Source: a virus
IMG/VR virus record: IMGVR_UViG_3300044816_000098
Span: 32,001 to 96,000 of that record
Reading direction: 5' to 3' (one strand)
DNA length: 64,000 nt
Positions 10,018-19,943 of the stretch are shown here, one piece after another. The notes under the pieces were generated by a model. The model was not told where the DNA came from. It worked only from the letters and a program-made list of their open reading frames with translations, and made no database searches. Each line of letters opens with the position of its first letter. Position 1 is the first letter of the stretch. The translations under genes and the position numbers were made by a program.

Positions 10018-10322
10018 TGGGCTTCATGCTCGACTGGATCCGGGCCAGGAGGAAGCTGATCCAGCAGGACATGGAACAGCTTCCTCCGCCCCCTTTGTCG
10101 CCCCGGCTCGATGAGAACCATGACTGCTACAAGTCGCCGTTCCCCCGGGCAGTGGTCCTCGCCTCGCCCATGCTGCCGCTGGAACCGTGCCCGGCATGCG
10201 GCCACGCGATCCTGGCCCACACCTACACGGAGCCGTGCGCCCTGTGCACGCTGTTCATGCAGGGGCGCGTGTGGAACTCCCTGATCAAGAACCTGATGAA
10301 GAAGAATCGAGGACCCGCCTGA
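10017..10322 (+). CDS. Cys/His hypothetical protein
   Basis: TGATG coupling; CPACGH..H..CALC. Confidence 0.65.
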   Translation: MGFMLDWIRARRKLIQQDMEQLPPPPLSPRLDENHDCYKSPFPRAVVLASPMLPLEPCPACGHAILAHTYTEPCALCTLFMQGRVWNSLIKNLMKKNRGPA

Positions 10323-10843
10323 TGCCATCTCAGAACATCGTTTTCCGGACCACCGGCCTCCTGCTGAAGAGGATCTCCATCCGGGACCCGAAGGGCGTCA
10401 AGATGCCCGGGGCCACGGCCCGGCGTGACCTGGAGCGCTGGTACAGCGCGCTGGAGATCGCCCTGTCCAAGGTCAAGCTCGACCCGGCCGAGGCCGTCTT
10501 CCTCATCAAGGTCGTCGGGACGGAGCCGGAACACAACGATCACTTCGTGGAGTTCCTGGGCGCGGCGATTCAGGACTCCGACGAGGAGGGCTTCGAGCAC
10601 GTCCGGGCCCGGCTCATCCACAAGGTCTCGCAGTGGGACTTCATCACCCTGTGGGCCGTGGTGGACGCCTGCGAGCGGTACGTGGTCTACCAGGCCCGCA
10701 ACGCGGGGGACCCCAAGGTCACCCTGGGGATGGCCCTACACCAGGTGGGCCTGCACAGCTACATGGTGACCCCCGAGGAGCTGGCGGCCCTGGAGGCCGC
10801 TGAGGCTGCTCCGCCGGTCGAGCTGGAGGTTCCGGTCGCATGA
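10322..10843 (+). CDS. hypothetical protein
   Basis: TGATG coupling; codon bias. Confidence 0.75.
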   Translation: MPSQNIVFRTTGLLLKRISIRDPKGVKMPGATARRDLERWYSALEIALSKVKLDPAEAVFLIKVVGTEPEHNDHFVEFLGAAIQDSDEEGFEHVRARLIHKVSQWDFITLWAVVDACERYVVYQARNAGDPKVTLGMALHQVGLHSYMVTPEELAALEAAEAAPPVELEVPVA

Positions 10844-11037
10844 TGTCCGACGAGGAGGCCGAGGCTCTCCTGAGAGGCGACGAGCACGACGGCCCGAGAG
10901 TCGCCACCTTCGTCGCGGAGTACCAGAGCGACTGCTTCGAGTGCGGGGGCATGGTCGTGCCCGGTGACCTGGCCGGATACGTGAACGACGATACCGAGGC
11001 GACCTGTCCCGAGTGCCTGGACAAACTGACCCGATGA
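10840..11037 (+). CDS. small zinc-ribbon protein
   Basis: CFECG..CPEC. Confidence 0.7.
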   Translation: MMSDEEAEALLRGDEHDGPRVATFVAEYQSDCFECGGMVVPGDLAGYVNDDTEATCPECLDKLTR

Positions 11038-11043
11038 AGGGGC

Positions 11044-11072
11044 TTGTACTCCTGCAATCGCAGGAGTAGAGT
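11044..11072 (+). promoter_or_regulatory. repeated promoter-operator
   Basis: TTGTAC-TCCTGCAATCGCAGGAG-TAGAGT. Confidence 0.85.
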
Positions 11073-11108
11073 TCCACTCATCAGCACAACGACTCCCCGG
11101 AGGCTCAC

Positions 11109-12035
11109 ATGGAAACCACCTCGCGACCCATCGCCCACGCATCGGCCGTCTCCGGCATCCTGAACCGCGCCGGGTTCCGCAAGTGCATCGACGTCGTTGG
11201 CTTCGAGACCATCCAGATCGCTCACGTCACCCAGGTCTGGTACACCCCGGCTCGCACCGAGGTTATGAGCGACGTGCTCGACCAGATGGACGAGGTGCTC
11301 AAGGAGAAGGGCTACACCGTCCGGAAGACCACCTCGGAGACTTCGGGCAGCCTGATGCTGGAGGTCACCAAGGGCGAGGACACCCTGGCAACTGAGGAGC
11401 CGGTCAAGGTGACCGTCCGGGAGGTCCGTCAGGTCCTTCTCCAGACCTGTTACGAGGTCACCACTGGCACCTCCGGCTTCAACGTCCAGACGTTCTGGTC
11501 CGACAAGAGCCTCATCCGGGTTTCCTTCGAGCTGAAGCCGTGGACCACCTTCGAGGACGGTCCCGGGGCCGAGCGCAAGCACATCGAGTGCACTCTGGCC
11601 ATGTACGAGATCAACCTGAACGCTGCCGGATACGCCACCGAGCGACTCCGGGACTCGGAGGGCGGTCTCGTTGACGCCATCCTGGTCGGCCCTCCCGGGA
11701 CGGAGTTCTACACCGACGGACAGCGCAGCACCTGGGCTGTCATCAAGGAGGAGCGCGAGCACATGCAGCAGCAGACCCAGGAGGCCCAGACGCTGACGCT
11801 GGTCCGTGAGGCGATCGAGAACGACGACCTGGCCTACTCCACCCGCAAGGCGGGACCGTGGTCGATCTTCGTTCTCTACCTGGTGCCCTTCAAGAACAAG
11901 GTCCGGCGGGCGGAGGTCTCCTTCGACTTCGAACTCGGCGGCTACGTCGTCATCGGCCGTCTGGGATTCAGGTACGACCGGACGTTCGACCTCCAGAAGG
12001 TCCTGGAGCACCTGCGGGACGAGCTGAAGGACTGA
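11109..12035 (+). CDS. hypothetical protein
   Basis: Leader motif and RBS. Confidence 0.8.
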   Translation: METTSRPIAHASAVSGILNRAGFRKCIDVVGFETIQIAHVTQVWYTPARTEVMSDVLDQMDEVLKEKGYTVRKTTSETSGSLMLEVTKGEDTLATEEPVKVTVREVRQVLLQTCYEVTTGTSGFNVQTFWSDKSLIRVSFELKPWTTFEDGPGAERKHIECTLAMYEINLNAAGYATERLRDSEGGLVDAILVGPPGTEFYTDGQRSTWAVIKEEREHMQQQTQEAQTLTLVREAIENDDLAYSTRKAGPWSIFVLYLVPFKNKVRRAEVSFDFELGGYVVIGRLGFRYDRTFDLQKVLEHLRDELKD

Positions 12036-12099
12036 CACCCTTCCTGTGAGGGCGGTGGGGACTTCCCACCGCCCTCGGTCCTGCCCTCCGGAGGTTGCC

Positions 12100-12339
12100 A
12101 TGCACGCCGTGTACGAGATCCACAAGGTCGTCAACGAAGCGACCCATCAGCACGAGCCCATGCTGATCAGCCGGGACGCGGGGGAGACCTACGAGCCCAT
12201 GACGCTGTCCGGCAAGCAGGTCGACGAACTCTTCCGGATCGCCATCGCGAAGGAAGCCCGTCCCTGCGTCCGCTATGACGACGGTCGGGTCCAGACCGGC
12301 CACTACGTATTCGTCCCGCAGGAGACCAAGAAGGAGTAA
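12100..12339 (+). CDS. hypothetical protein
   Basis: GGAGG RBS. Confidence 0.7.
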   Translation: MHAVYEIHKVVNEATHQHEPMLISRDAGETYEPMTLSGKQVDELFRIAIAKEARPCVRYDDGRVQTGHYVFVPQETKKE

Positions 12340-12344
12340 CCCCC

Positions 12345-12605
12345 ATGACTACGAGGCTCAAGGACGACGAGAAGACCCTCTGGATGGCCTACGCGGACGG
12401 CGAGGTCCTCGGATGCGGTGAGAAGTCGGAGACGGTCGTACAGGCCCTGTTCCTGGCTTACCAGAAGGACCTGGGGCTGGATGACGCCCAGCGCGAGGAC
12501 CTGTTCCTGGATCTCAAGCTCGGAGACTGGTTCGTCGTCGACCCGGTCTTCTGCTCCAGCTACCGCCAGCGCGCCTACTTCGTCAGGAAGGTACCGAAAC
12601 TATGA
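12345..12605 (+). CDS. hypothetical protein
   Basis: AAGGAG RBS. Confidence 0.7.
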   Translation: MTTRLKDDEKTLWMAYADGEVLGCGEKSETVVQALFLAYQKDLGLDDAQREDLFLDLKLGDWFVVDPVFCSSYRQRAYFVRKVPKL

Positions 12606-12829
12606 GCGAGCAAGTGGGTTACCGCAAGATCGCGCCGCGTGACCTCGAAATCGGGGACATGATCTGGGTGAACGGCCGCCTGGAGATGATCGGGGGACTC
12701 GGCAGCTACGGCCCCGCTCCCGACCGGCCGTGGGACTGCCCCATCCGGCCGGACTGGCGGGCCTACAACATCCACACCCAGTCCGGGGATGTGTGGTGGG
12801 GAGAGCCGGTGTTCCCGGGTAAGAAGTAG
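12602..12829 (+). CDS. hypothetical protein
   Basis: ATGA overlap. Confidence 0.65.
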   Translation: MSEQVGYRKIAPRDLEIGDMIWVNGRLEMIGGLGSYGPAPDRPWDCPIRPDWRAYNIHTQSGDVWWGEPVFPGKK

Positions 12830-12832
12830 GGG

Positions 12833-12861
12833 TTGTACTCCCGTAATCCTTGTAGTACCGT
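12833..12861 (+). promoter_or_regulatory. repeated promoter-operator
   Basis: TTGTAC-17bp-TACCGT. Confidence 0.8.
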
Positions 12862-12899
12862 CCAACAGGCCAGAGAGACACGACTCCCAGGAGGTCACC

Positions 12900-13559
12900 A
12901 TGACGGACTCCGAACTGCCGGAACCCCACAAGGGCGCTGTCGCCAAGCGTTTCCGCGTCCAGCTCAAGAAGGCATTCCCGAAGACGACCTTCATGGTCAC
13001 GTCCAACCGGCACCGCTGGTCCTCGGAGATCCGGGTCCTGTGGATCGGCGGCCCCTCCCAGGAGGAGGTCCAGGCCGAATTGGGAACCGACTACGCGGGC
13101 CTGGTACTGGACCACAAGTCCTTGAGTTCCGTTGAGGAGCTGGAGGTTCACCCTCCGGACGAGATCTTCGTTCCGAAGCAGCGGTCCTCCAAGGGGCGCC
13201 TGATGCGGGACAACACCTTCGTCCTGGGGATGTACCCCGGAGAGAAGCCCCTCCTCCAGATCCGTCAGTCCAGCCCCTTCGAGGCTCTCCTGAGGGTTGT
13301 CCCCGACGACGAACACGAGGACGAGGAGGACCTCTCCCCGCGCATGGTGACCTCGCTCAGCCCCTCGGGCAGCAAGTTGCAGATCTACTCGGTCGCCGCC
13401 CTGGTCATGGCCGACAACAACGGCTTCAACGCCGGTGAGATCGTGTGGATCGGCCGGACCATCGCCACCGTGCTGGAGCAGACGGACCGCGTGCTGGCCT
13501 CCCGGGGTGACGGTCTGCCCCTGCTGCCGGTCACCTCGGCGTTGCTCAGTCTCTTCTGA
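12900..13559 (+). CDS. LPD29-like domain protein
   Basis: AKRFRVQLKKAFPKTTFMV..IRVLWIGGPS resembles large-polyvalent-protein domain 29. Confidence 0.65.
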   Translation: MTDSELPEPHKGAVAKRFRVQLKKAFPKTTFMVTSNRHRWSSEIRVLWIGGPSQEEVQAELGTDYAGLVLDHKSLSSVEELEVHPPDEIFVPKQRSSKGRLMRDNTFVLGMYPGEKPLLQIRQSSPFEALLRVVPDDEHEDEEDLSPRMVTSLSPSGSKLQIYSVAALVMADNNGFNAGEIVWIGRTIATVLEQTDRVLASRGDGLPLLPVTSALLSLF

Positions 13560-13583
13560 GATTTAAAAATCCTGCCAGAGGGC

Positions 13584-13613
13584 TTGCTACTACAAGGATG
13601 CCAGGAGTAATGT
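13584..13613 (+). promoter_or_regulatory. repeated promoter-operator (18-bp spacer)
   Basis: TTGCTA..TACAAGGATGCCAGGAG-TAATGT. Confidence 0.75.
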
Positions 13614-13653
13614 CTTCCTTGTCAGCAGCACCCGACTCCTTCAGGAGATGCAC

Positions 13654-14553
13654 ATGACCACTCAGCTCACCGGCTTCCAGAAGAACTTCATGGGAGATGT
13701 CGTCAGGGAGCACGCGGTTGCTACCGACCACAGCCCCTACTGCTGCGAGACGGCTCGCCGGTATGAGGAGCAGCTCGCCGACTGCACCCTGAAGCCCGAC
13801 GTGAAGGGTGCGGGAAACGCTGAGTGGAAGCGCAACAACGGAGGAGGCACCGGCCGAGCGACTGCTATGAAGGGCTCTCCCGCCAGTGACGCCCAGGTCA
13901 ACTACGTCAAGGGCCTGATGCTGGAGCGCGACTACTCCGCACTGGAGGGCAAGACCTGGAACGCGATGCTGGCCAACGGGATGTCCGTCCGGGAGGCGTC
14001 CACCATCATCCAGAAGCTGAAGGAGCGCAGCCGCCGCAACGACATCGTGTCCTCAGACGGCATCGTCGGCCGCCCGGCCAGCGACAAGCAGGTCTCGTTC
14101 ATCCTGAGCCTGGCCGACCAGAAGGACTGGTCGCAGGAAGCCCCTGAGGCCACCGCCATCCAGGCTGCGATCGACGACCGCGAGATCGGCATCAAGGACG
14201 CCTCGGCCGCCATCAACTACCTGATCGGCTGCCCCAAGCTCGTCGCCTCGGTCACCGCGAAGGAGACCGGGACCGAGGGGATCTACTTCTTCGAGGGCGA
14301 GTACTACAAGGTCCAGCGTGCGGTGCACGGCTCGGGTCGCCTCTACTCGAAGAAGTTCGACCGCGAAGAGGAGAGCTGGAGCCGGGGCGGTTCGCTCGGC
14401 AAGCTCACCCCCGAGTTCCTGGTCACCCAGGAGCAGGCCAAGCAGTTCGGTGACCTCTACGGGCAGTGCATCCGGTGTCACGCCACGCTGACCGACGAAG
14501 AGAGCATCGAGAGGGGAGTCGGACCCATCTGCTTCTCCAAGATGGGCTTCTGA
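13654..14553 (+). CDS. DUF6011-like zinc-ribbon protein
   Basis: C-terminal CIRCHATLTDEESIERGVGPIC; two ASDxQV repeats. Confidence 0.8.
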   Translation: MTTQLTGFQKNFMGDVVREHAVATDHSPYCCETARRYEEQLADCTLKPDVKGAGNAEWKRNNGGGTGRATAMKGSPASDAQVNYVKGLMLERDYSALEGKTWNAMLANGMSVREASTIIQKLKERSRRNDIVSSDGIVGRPASDKQVSFILSLADQKDWSQEAPEATAIQAAIDDREIGIKDASAAINYLIGCPKLVASVTAKETGTEGIYFFEGEYYKVQRAVHGSGRLYSKKFDREEESWSRGGSLGKLTPEFLVTQEQAKQFGDLYGQCIRCHATLTDEESIERGVGPICFSKMGF

Positions 14554-14615
14554 TCCGCCTGGGGCCGGGTGTCCGCCCGGCCCCTCCCGCCAGAGACACA
14601 AGAAGGAGCACCACC

Positions 14616-14804
14616 ATGAACCAGACCCTCAAGCAGCCCGAGACCCCCACCGAGTGGGCCGGTGCCGCGCTGCTGTGCCTGGGCGTTCTGTGCGCCCTGT
14701 CCGTCGCCTGGACCCTCGGGTTCTCAGGCTTCGTCGAGATCTTCGTGGCCATCATGGCCCTGTTCTTCGGCGCCCGGATGTACTTCGGTTCGGCCAAGAG
14801 CTGA
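14616..14804 (+). CDS. small two-TM membrane protein
   Basis: AAGGAG RBS; hydrophobic. Confidence 0.7.
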   Translation: MNQTLKQPETPTEWAGAALLCLGVLCALSVAWTLGFSGFVEIFVAIMALFFGARMYFGSAKS

Positions 14805-14842
14805 CCTACCCGCCAGACGACCCGACTCCCTAGGAGGCAGCC

Positions 14843-15559
14843 ATGCCCACTCAGCACAAGCGCAAGAACATCACTCCCAGCTCGGTCAGCCGTCAGCTCC
14901 GGGCCCACGCCGGTCACGAGCCCTACGTCCACAACGCGAACCACGGCGGGTTCGAGATCCGCGAGAAGAGCAAGGACCCGGCGGTCCTGACGATCACCTA
15001 CCGAGGTGTGGAGCGGGACCACCTGGCCCGCGAGGATCGGATCAAGGCGTTCCGCGAGGAGATGCGGCGCCTGCGGATGAGCCTGACCGACATCCTGGGT
15101 CTGGAGGTGTGCTGGGGCATGGACTCCACGGGGGAGGTCGACACCTCGCACCTGCTGATCTCCATGGACCCCATCGAGCGCCCTGGGGGCCACGAGAAGG
15201 TCCCGACCGTCGCGGAGGTCACCCAGGTCTCCACGGAGGTCGGGAAGGCTCCTGTGGCCCCTCCGGAGGGCATCCTGACCACCTTCGTCGAGGACGTCTT
15301 CCGGGGGAAGGAGCCCTATGACGAGGAGCGGCCCGAGGGCGGCAGTTTCCGGGACCTGTTCATCGGCCCGATGGAGATCCTCGGCACCAACAAGGCCATC
15401 GCCTTCGCGCACGCCATCTCGACCGATGACGGCAAGGCCGAGTCCCTGGAACGGGCCCTGCACCACAAGGTCCTGCTGGCCATCGCGGCCGGTGCCGAGG
15501 ACCCGGCCCACCTGGCCATGCTGGCGCTGGAGACACAGCACCTGCCGCTGGCGCGCTGA
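14843..15559 (+). CDS. hypothetical protein
   Basis: Leader motif and RBS. Confidence 0.8.
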   Translation: MPTQHKRKNITPSSVSRQLRAHAGHEPYVHNANHGGFEIREKSKDPAVLTITYRGVERDHLAREDRIKAFREEMRRLRMSLTDILGLEVCWGMDSTGEVDTSHLLISMDPIERPGGHEKVPTVAEVTQVSTEVGKAPVAPPEGILTTFVEDVFRGKEPYDEERPEGGSFRDLFIGPMEILGTNKAIAFAHAISTDDGKAESLERALHHKVLLAIAAGAEDPAHLAMLALETQHLPLAR

Positions 15560-15587
15560 GCACTGCGCTTGCCCGGAGTCCTTGGGG

Positions 15588-15616
15588 TTGTACTCCAAGG
15601 ATTGCGGGAGTAGCGT
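15588..15616 (+). promoter_or_regulatory. repeated promoter-operator
   Basis: TTGTAC-17bp-TAGCGT. Confidence 0.8.
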
Positions 15617-15648
15617 GAGCACTCGACACAGACTCCCAGGAGGTGCCT

Positions 15649-15993
15649 ATGGGCACGTACGAGCAGTTCATGGAAGACCGGGCGAAGGGCACCCGGAGGG
15701 GAAGCGGGCTCTCCATGGAAGACCGCATGGATGCCGCGATGAACGTGGACGAGGCATTCACGGACGCTCGGGGGAGGATTCAGACCTTCGTGGACGCCTA
15801 CCTCGTCCAGCGCCACCAGGAGATCAAGCACCTGAACGACCCGGGTGCCGCCATTCCCGGCGGGGAGTTCTACCAGATCGTGCACGACAGCGTTCAGCGG
15901 CTGAAGAGCGCCGGAACGAGCGACGCCGACGCCAAGCACCTCCTGCTGGACGACCTGCGGATTCTGCTGGACATGGTGGGTGGCTCCCGATGA
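15649..15993 (+). CDS. hypothetical protein
   Basis: AGGAGG RBS. Confidence 0.75.
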   Translation: MGTYEQFMEDRAKGTRRGSGLSMEDRMDAAMNVDEAFTDARGRIQTFVDAYLVQRHQEIKHLNDPGAAIPGGEFYQIVHDSVQRLKSAGTSDADAKHLLLDDLRILLDMVGGSR

Positions 15994-16370
15994 GCGACAC
16001 CGTGACCTGGACCCCGTTCGAGCTGGAATGCGGTACGGACATCCAGTGGAAGGAGGGGGAGGAGTCCTTCGGGGACTTCGTGATCCGCAAGAACGAGGTC
16101 TGTGCCCTCCGGCGGGACATGGCGGAGTCGCAGCGCCAGCACAACCGGGCGATGGAGACCCTGCCGTGGAGCGAGTACACCCACTTCGCCAGTACCGATG
16201 GCGACGAGGGGATGCTCTCCGAGCTGTACTGCATGCGGTGCGTCAAGGATCCGAAGATCTCCTCGGAGGGCAGCGTGGTCATCGAGACCTACCAGGAGGA
16301 CATGGACAAGGTCGTCGAGGCCATGCTCAAGCACGAGTACGAAAAGCACGGAGGGCGTCCCTGTGGCTGA
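15990..16370 (+). CDS. hypothetical protein
   Basis: ATGA overlap; CMRC..HEYEKH. Confidence 0.75.
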   Translation: MSDTVTWTPFELECGTDIQWKEGEESFGDFVIRKNEVCALRRDMAESQRQHNRAMETLPWSEYTHFASTDGDEGMLSELYCMRCVKDPKISSEGSVVIETYQEDMDKVVEAMLKHEYEKHGGRPCG

Positions 16371-16617
16371 GAGCGATCAGGACGAGCGCGAGGTCATGAT
16401 CCCCGATCTGAGCCGGTACGCCTTCGTGGTCCGTGAGCCCGATCCGTACAGCGCCACGACCCAGCGCTTCGTGGATATCACCTGTCGCCTGGAGCACCCG
16501 GAGCCTTGGATGAGGCTGGTGCGGAGCATCCCGGACATCTTCCGGCCGGACCACGACTACTCATTGCCCGAGGTCCTGGAGATGATCCAGAACCACCACG
16601 ACAGCTTCCACGCCTAG
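16363..16617 (+). CDS. hypothetical protein
   Basis: GGAGG RBS before GTG. Confidence 0.65.
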   Translation: MAESDQDEREVMIPDLSRYAFVVREPDPYSATTQRFVDITCRLEHPEPWMRLVRSIPDIFRPDHDYSLPEVLEMIQNHHDSFHA

Positions 16618-16625
16618 GAGGCACC

Positions 16626-17084
16626 ATGGAGCGACCGGAGGCGGTCATCTACGACATGGACGGCACGCTGACGGATGTCTCCTCGATCCGCCACCTGGTG
16701 ACCGGCCCCGACCGCAACTTCCATGCCTTCCACCGCGAGTCGATCAACTGCCCGCCGCACCGCTGGGTGGTCCGCAGGGCCCACGCGGACAAGGCGGCGG
16801 GCCGGGCGATCATCATCATGACGGCCCGGCAGCAGAAGTACGGCCGGATCACCGGAGTGTGGCTGGCCCTGAACGACGTCCCCTCGGATGCCATGTACAT
16901 GCGCAAGGACAACGACTGCCGACCGGACTACGAGGTCAAGAAGGACCTGTTCACCGCAGCGTCCCGACGCTTCCGGATACGGGGTGCAGTGGATGACAAC
17001 CCGAACGTGTTGAACCTCTGGATCGAGTTGGGGCTTGAGGTCACCGTGGTGCCAGGATGGCCGAGGGGGGATACCGCGCAATGA
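16626..17084 (+). CDS. HAD phosphatase, T4 PNK 3'-phosphatase-like
   Basis: DMDGTL, TAR, MRKDNDCRPDYEVK, VDDNP motifs. Confidence 0.85.
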   Translation: MERPEAVIYDMDGTLTDVSSIRHLVTGPDRNFHAFHRESINCPPHRWVVRRAHADKAAGRAIIIMTARQQKYGRITGVWLALNDVPSDAMYMRKDNDCRPDYEVKKDLFTAASRRFRIRGAVDDNPNVLNLWIELGLEVTVVPGWPRGDTAQ

Positions 17085-17129
17085 CTGCGTGGACGCAGGA
17101 AGGGCCTTCCCTGGGGAGGGCCCTTCCTG

Positions 17130-17158
17130 TTGTACTCCTGGGATCCTTGTAGTACTGT
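17130..17158 (+). promoter_or_regulatory. repeated promoter-operator
   Basis: TTGTAC-17bp-TACTGT, preceded by a terminator hairpin at about 17098-17127. Confidence 0.8.
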
Positions 17159-17192
17159 CAGAGACGTAATCCCGACTCCCCGGAGGTAGCCC

Positions 17193-17624
17193 ATGAAGAT
17201 GTACGTCGTCCAGGATGGTTCGAGGGCCCCGCAGCCCCGCTGGTCCATCGAGGAGGCTCGGCAGCTCGTGAAGAGCAATCACCACGGGCACGACCTCAAC
17301 TTCGAGTGGGACCGCTACGGCGAGAAGTGGATCGCCTACGACTGGTCCGCGATGGTCGATGACGTGGCTCCGCAGGTCAACGAGGCGATCTACGAGGTGG
17401 AGGTGCCCGGTGAGGCACCGGCCCGGTCGAATGTCCTCCCCGACTGCGCTGCCGTCCGGATGGAGATGCGAATCACCACCCGTAATCGGGTGTCCTCCTT
17501 CGAACACATGGACACGTCCGATATCTGGAACGCGGTCGATCTGGGTAAGGGTTACCTCATCCAGCAGTTCGCTGCCCGCGCAGGGCGTTCCCTGGCCGAG
17601 CACTTGACCGAGGAGTCCACATGA
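17193..17624 (+). CDS. hypothetical protein
   Basis: Leader motif and RBS. Confidence 0.75.
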   Translation: MKMYVVQDGSRAPQPRWSIEEARQLVKSNHHGHDLNFEWDRYGEKWIAYDWSAMVDDVAPQVNEAIYEVEVPGEAPARSNVLPDCAAVRMEMRITTRNRVSSFEHMDTSDIWNAVDLGKGYLIQQFAARAGRSLAEHLTEEST

Positions 17625-17998
17625 AGACCGCCGTCAGCACCAATGTCCTGGCCGACCAGCTCAAGAAGAAGGGGATCACGTCCGGCCGCAGGCTCGCGGA
17701 GCACACCGATGCCGAGGCCGTGATCTACTTCCTCGCCAAGGACGAAGAGGGCAACAACAACCCTCGGGCCGAGCTGCACGACCTCCTGGACAAGTCCCCG
17801 TTGCGGGTCTACCGCCCGGATGAGGACGTCCGCACCCTGTCCGTCGCCCGCCAGCAGACGCTGGCGAAGGCGGTTGCTGACGCCACGGAGCTGTGGGGCC
17901 TGAGCGACTGGCGCAAGACCCCCTTCAGCAACTGCTGGTTGCCGGTCGAGGCGATCAACATCATGCGCCACGAACTCGGCGTAGACCTGCTGACGTAG
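17621..17998 (+). CDS. hypothetical protein
   Basis: GAGGAG RBS. Confidence 0.75.
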   Translation: MKTAVSTNVLADQLKKKGITSGRRLAEHTDAEAVIYFLAKDEEGNNNPRAELHDLLDKSPLRVYRPDEDVRTLSVARQQTLAKAVADATELWGLSDWRKTPFSNCWLPVEAINIMRHELGVDLLT

Positions 17999-18002
17999 GG
18001 GG

Positions 18003-18031
18003 TTGTACTCCAGCAATTGCAGGAGTAACGT
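18003..18031 (+). promoter_or_regulatory. repeated promoter-operator
   Basis: TTGTAC-TCCAGCAATTGCAGGAG-TAACGT. Confidence 0.85.
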
Positions 18032-18070
18032 CTTCCTTGTCAGCAGCACGGCGACTCCCCGGAGGCCCAC

Positions 18071-18415
18071 ATGATCGAGTTCCAGAACAGCGAAGAGATT
18101 CGCTTGATGCTGGTCACCGAGATCCGGGAAGCGGCCTCCCGCCGTCACCTCGCTGGGATCAACTCCCTGGTCGCCTGGTTCGCCAACGGGGGCCAGGGGG
18201 ACCGGCCGGAGGTCAAGGGCATCGGCACCAAGCCCCTGGAGGCACTGGACGACGACCTGGAGTGGATCTACAGCCCGGAGCTGGCTGAGGGCTGGCGCCA
18301 GTGCAGTTACGAGCGCTCCTACGTCAAGAACCGCCGTGCCGCCCAGCGCAGCGCAGAGAACAACCACCGGGGCAATGGCCCCAAGGTCCTGAGGGACCTG
18401 CTCCCGAAGTTCTGA
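18071..18415 (+). CDS. hypothetical protein
   Basis: Leader motif and RBS. Confidence 0.75.
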   Translation: MIEFQNSEEIRLMLVTEIREAASRRHLAGINSLVAWFANGGQGDRPEVKGIGTKPLEALDDDLEWIYSPELAEGWRQCSYERSYVKNRRAAQRSAENNHRGNGPKVLRDLLPKF

Positions 18416-18450
18416 TTCCTGCCCAAGATCGCCAAGTCCCTGGAGGACGC

Positions 18451-19224
18451 ATGTCATTTCTCAAGCGCGGCACCAAGCTCGACCTCTCCAAGACCGGCCC
18501 GACGGGCATCAGCCTGGAGAAGCGGATCGAGACCGCTCACAAGGTCATCCTGACCAAGGGTCTCGGCGAGCAGAAGGCCGCCGTCTACCTGGTCATCGAC
18601 CGCTCCGGCTCGATGGAGATGTCCCCGACCTTCTTCTACACCGACCACACCGTCCAGAACCTCGCGGAGCAGGTCCTCGGCCTGGCCGCGCAGTTCGACG
18701 ACGACGGCAAGGTCCCGGTGGTCTACTTCGACACCAAGGTCCAGAAGGCCGCTGAGATCGAGATCGGCCAGCACGCGGGTGTCATCGACAAGCACCACAA
18801 GAAGATGGGCCGTATGGGCGGCACCGACTACTCCGTGGCCATGGACTGGGTGGTGGACGACTACCGCAAGAACTACCCGGCGTACGACGTCCCGGCCTTC
18901 GTCATCTTCCAGACCGACGGCCAGACCTCGCGTCAGCAGCACGTGGAGAACACCCTGTGCCTGGCGGCGGAACTGCCGATCTTCTGGCAGTTCGTGGGCT
19001 TCGGTCCCGAGGGCGACGAGGACGGCTACGACGTCTTCGCGTTCCTGAAGTCGCTCAACTCGGGCCTGCCGGTACCGGCGCGGCGCAAGGTCGACAACGC
19101 TGGGTTCTTCGCCCTGGGCGCCAACCCCAAGGACATGGCGGACGAGACCCTGTACGGCAAGCTCATGGAGGAGTTCCCGTCCTACCTGAACGACGCGCGG
19201 ATCGCGGGCGTCCTCAAGGGCTGA
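18451..19224 (+). CDS. vWA domain protein (TerF-associated vWA-like)
   Basis: MIDAS DRSGSM, GGTDY, FQTDG, LPIFWQFVGFG, VDNAGFF. Confidence 0.85.
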   Translation: MSFLKRGTKLDLSKTGPTGISLEKRIETAHKVILTKGLGEQKAAVYLVIDRSGSMEMSPTFFYTDHTVQNLAEQVLGLAAQFDDDGKVPVVYFDTKVQKAAEIEIGQHAGVIDKHHKKMGRMGGTDYSVAMDWVVDDYRKNYPAYDVPAFVIFQTDGQTSRQQHVENTLCLAAELPIFWQFVGFGPEGDEDGYDVFAFLKSLNSGLPVPARRKVDNAGFFALGANPKDMADETLYGKLMEEFPSYLNDARIAGVLKG

Positions 19225-19256
19225 CAACAACACCACCCGACTCCCTGGAGGTCCTC

Positions 19257-19427
19257 ATGACGGCACCACTCGCCCCCTCGAAGCCGTGTACCTCCTGCGG
19301 GTCCCCCAGGACCAAGCAGACCGAGTTCCGGCCGCCGGTGACCTCTCACGGCTCCTGTGACGCGAGCTGCACCAAGACCGGCACGTTCTGCCTGAACTGC
19401 CGGACGCTCAAGCAGGGAAGTGAATGA
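19257..19427 (+). CDS. small Cys-rich protein
   Basis: Leader motif; CTSC, CDASC, CLNC. Confidence 0.65.
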   Translation: MTAPLAPSKPCTSCGSPRTKQTEFRPPVTSHGSCDASCTKTGTFCLNCRTLKQGSE

Positions 19428-19919
19428 ATGGGTACTAGCTGGAACTCCGAGGGCCAGATCATCATCGACCCGCCGCTGAACCTCGCGCAGATCAAGGCGT
19501 TCCGTAAGGACTGCTTCGCGCAGCTCCGGCCGGTCGACCTCCAGCGGCTCAACCGGGTCTTCCCGAACGGGGAGGCGGAGGAGCGGTTCAACATCGCCGA
19601 CTTCTTCGCCCTGACCCTGGAGATCGAGCAGGACGAGCGCGAGACGGACGAGGGGGTCCTCCAGATCAGCCGGGCCGTCTCCCTCATCCCCGCCTGCGCC
19701 AACGGAGGGGGATCCTCCTACCGGATGGGCGACCAGGTGGAGCGGGCATTCAAGATCTTCCCTGACAACTCCTTCACCGGCGAGATCGTCGCGGTGCGGG
19801 AGCAGAACGGCGGCGCGATCAAGATCACCGCCAAGGGCCGCAAGGTCGAAGAGGTCGCAGGCACCGTCCATGTCGTCTGGGCTGACGGGTCGGAGAGCAC
19901 CGACATCACCGACTTGTAG
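19428..19919 (+). CDS. hypothetical protein
   Basis: Codon bias. Confidence 0.75.
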   Translation: MGTSWNSEGQIIIDPPLNLAQIKAFRKDCFAQLRPVDLQRLNRVFPNGEAEERFNIADFFALTLEIEQDERETDEGVLQISRAVSLIPACANGGGSSYRMGDQVERAFKIFPDNSFTGEIVAVREQNGGAIKITAKGRKVEEVAGTVHVVWADGSESTDITDL

Positions 19920-19942
19920 TACAAGGATCCCAGGAGTAAGTT
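19914..19942 (+). promoter_or_regulatory. repeated promoter-operator
   Basis: TTGTAG-TACAAGGATCCCAGGAG-TAAGTT. Confidence 0.7.
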
Positions 19943-19943
19943 C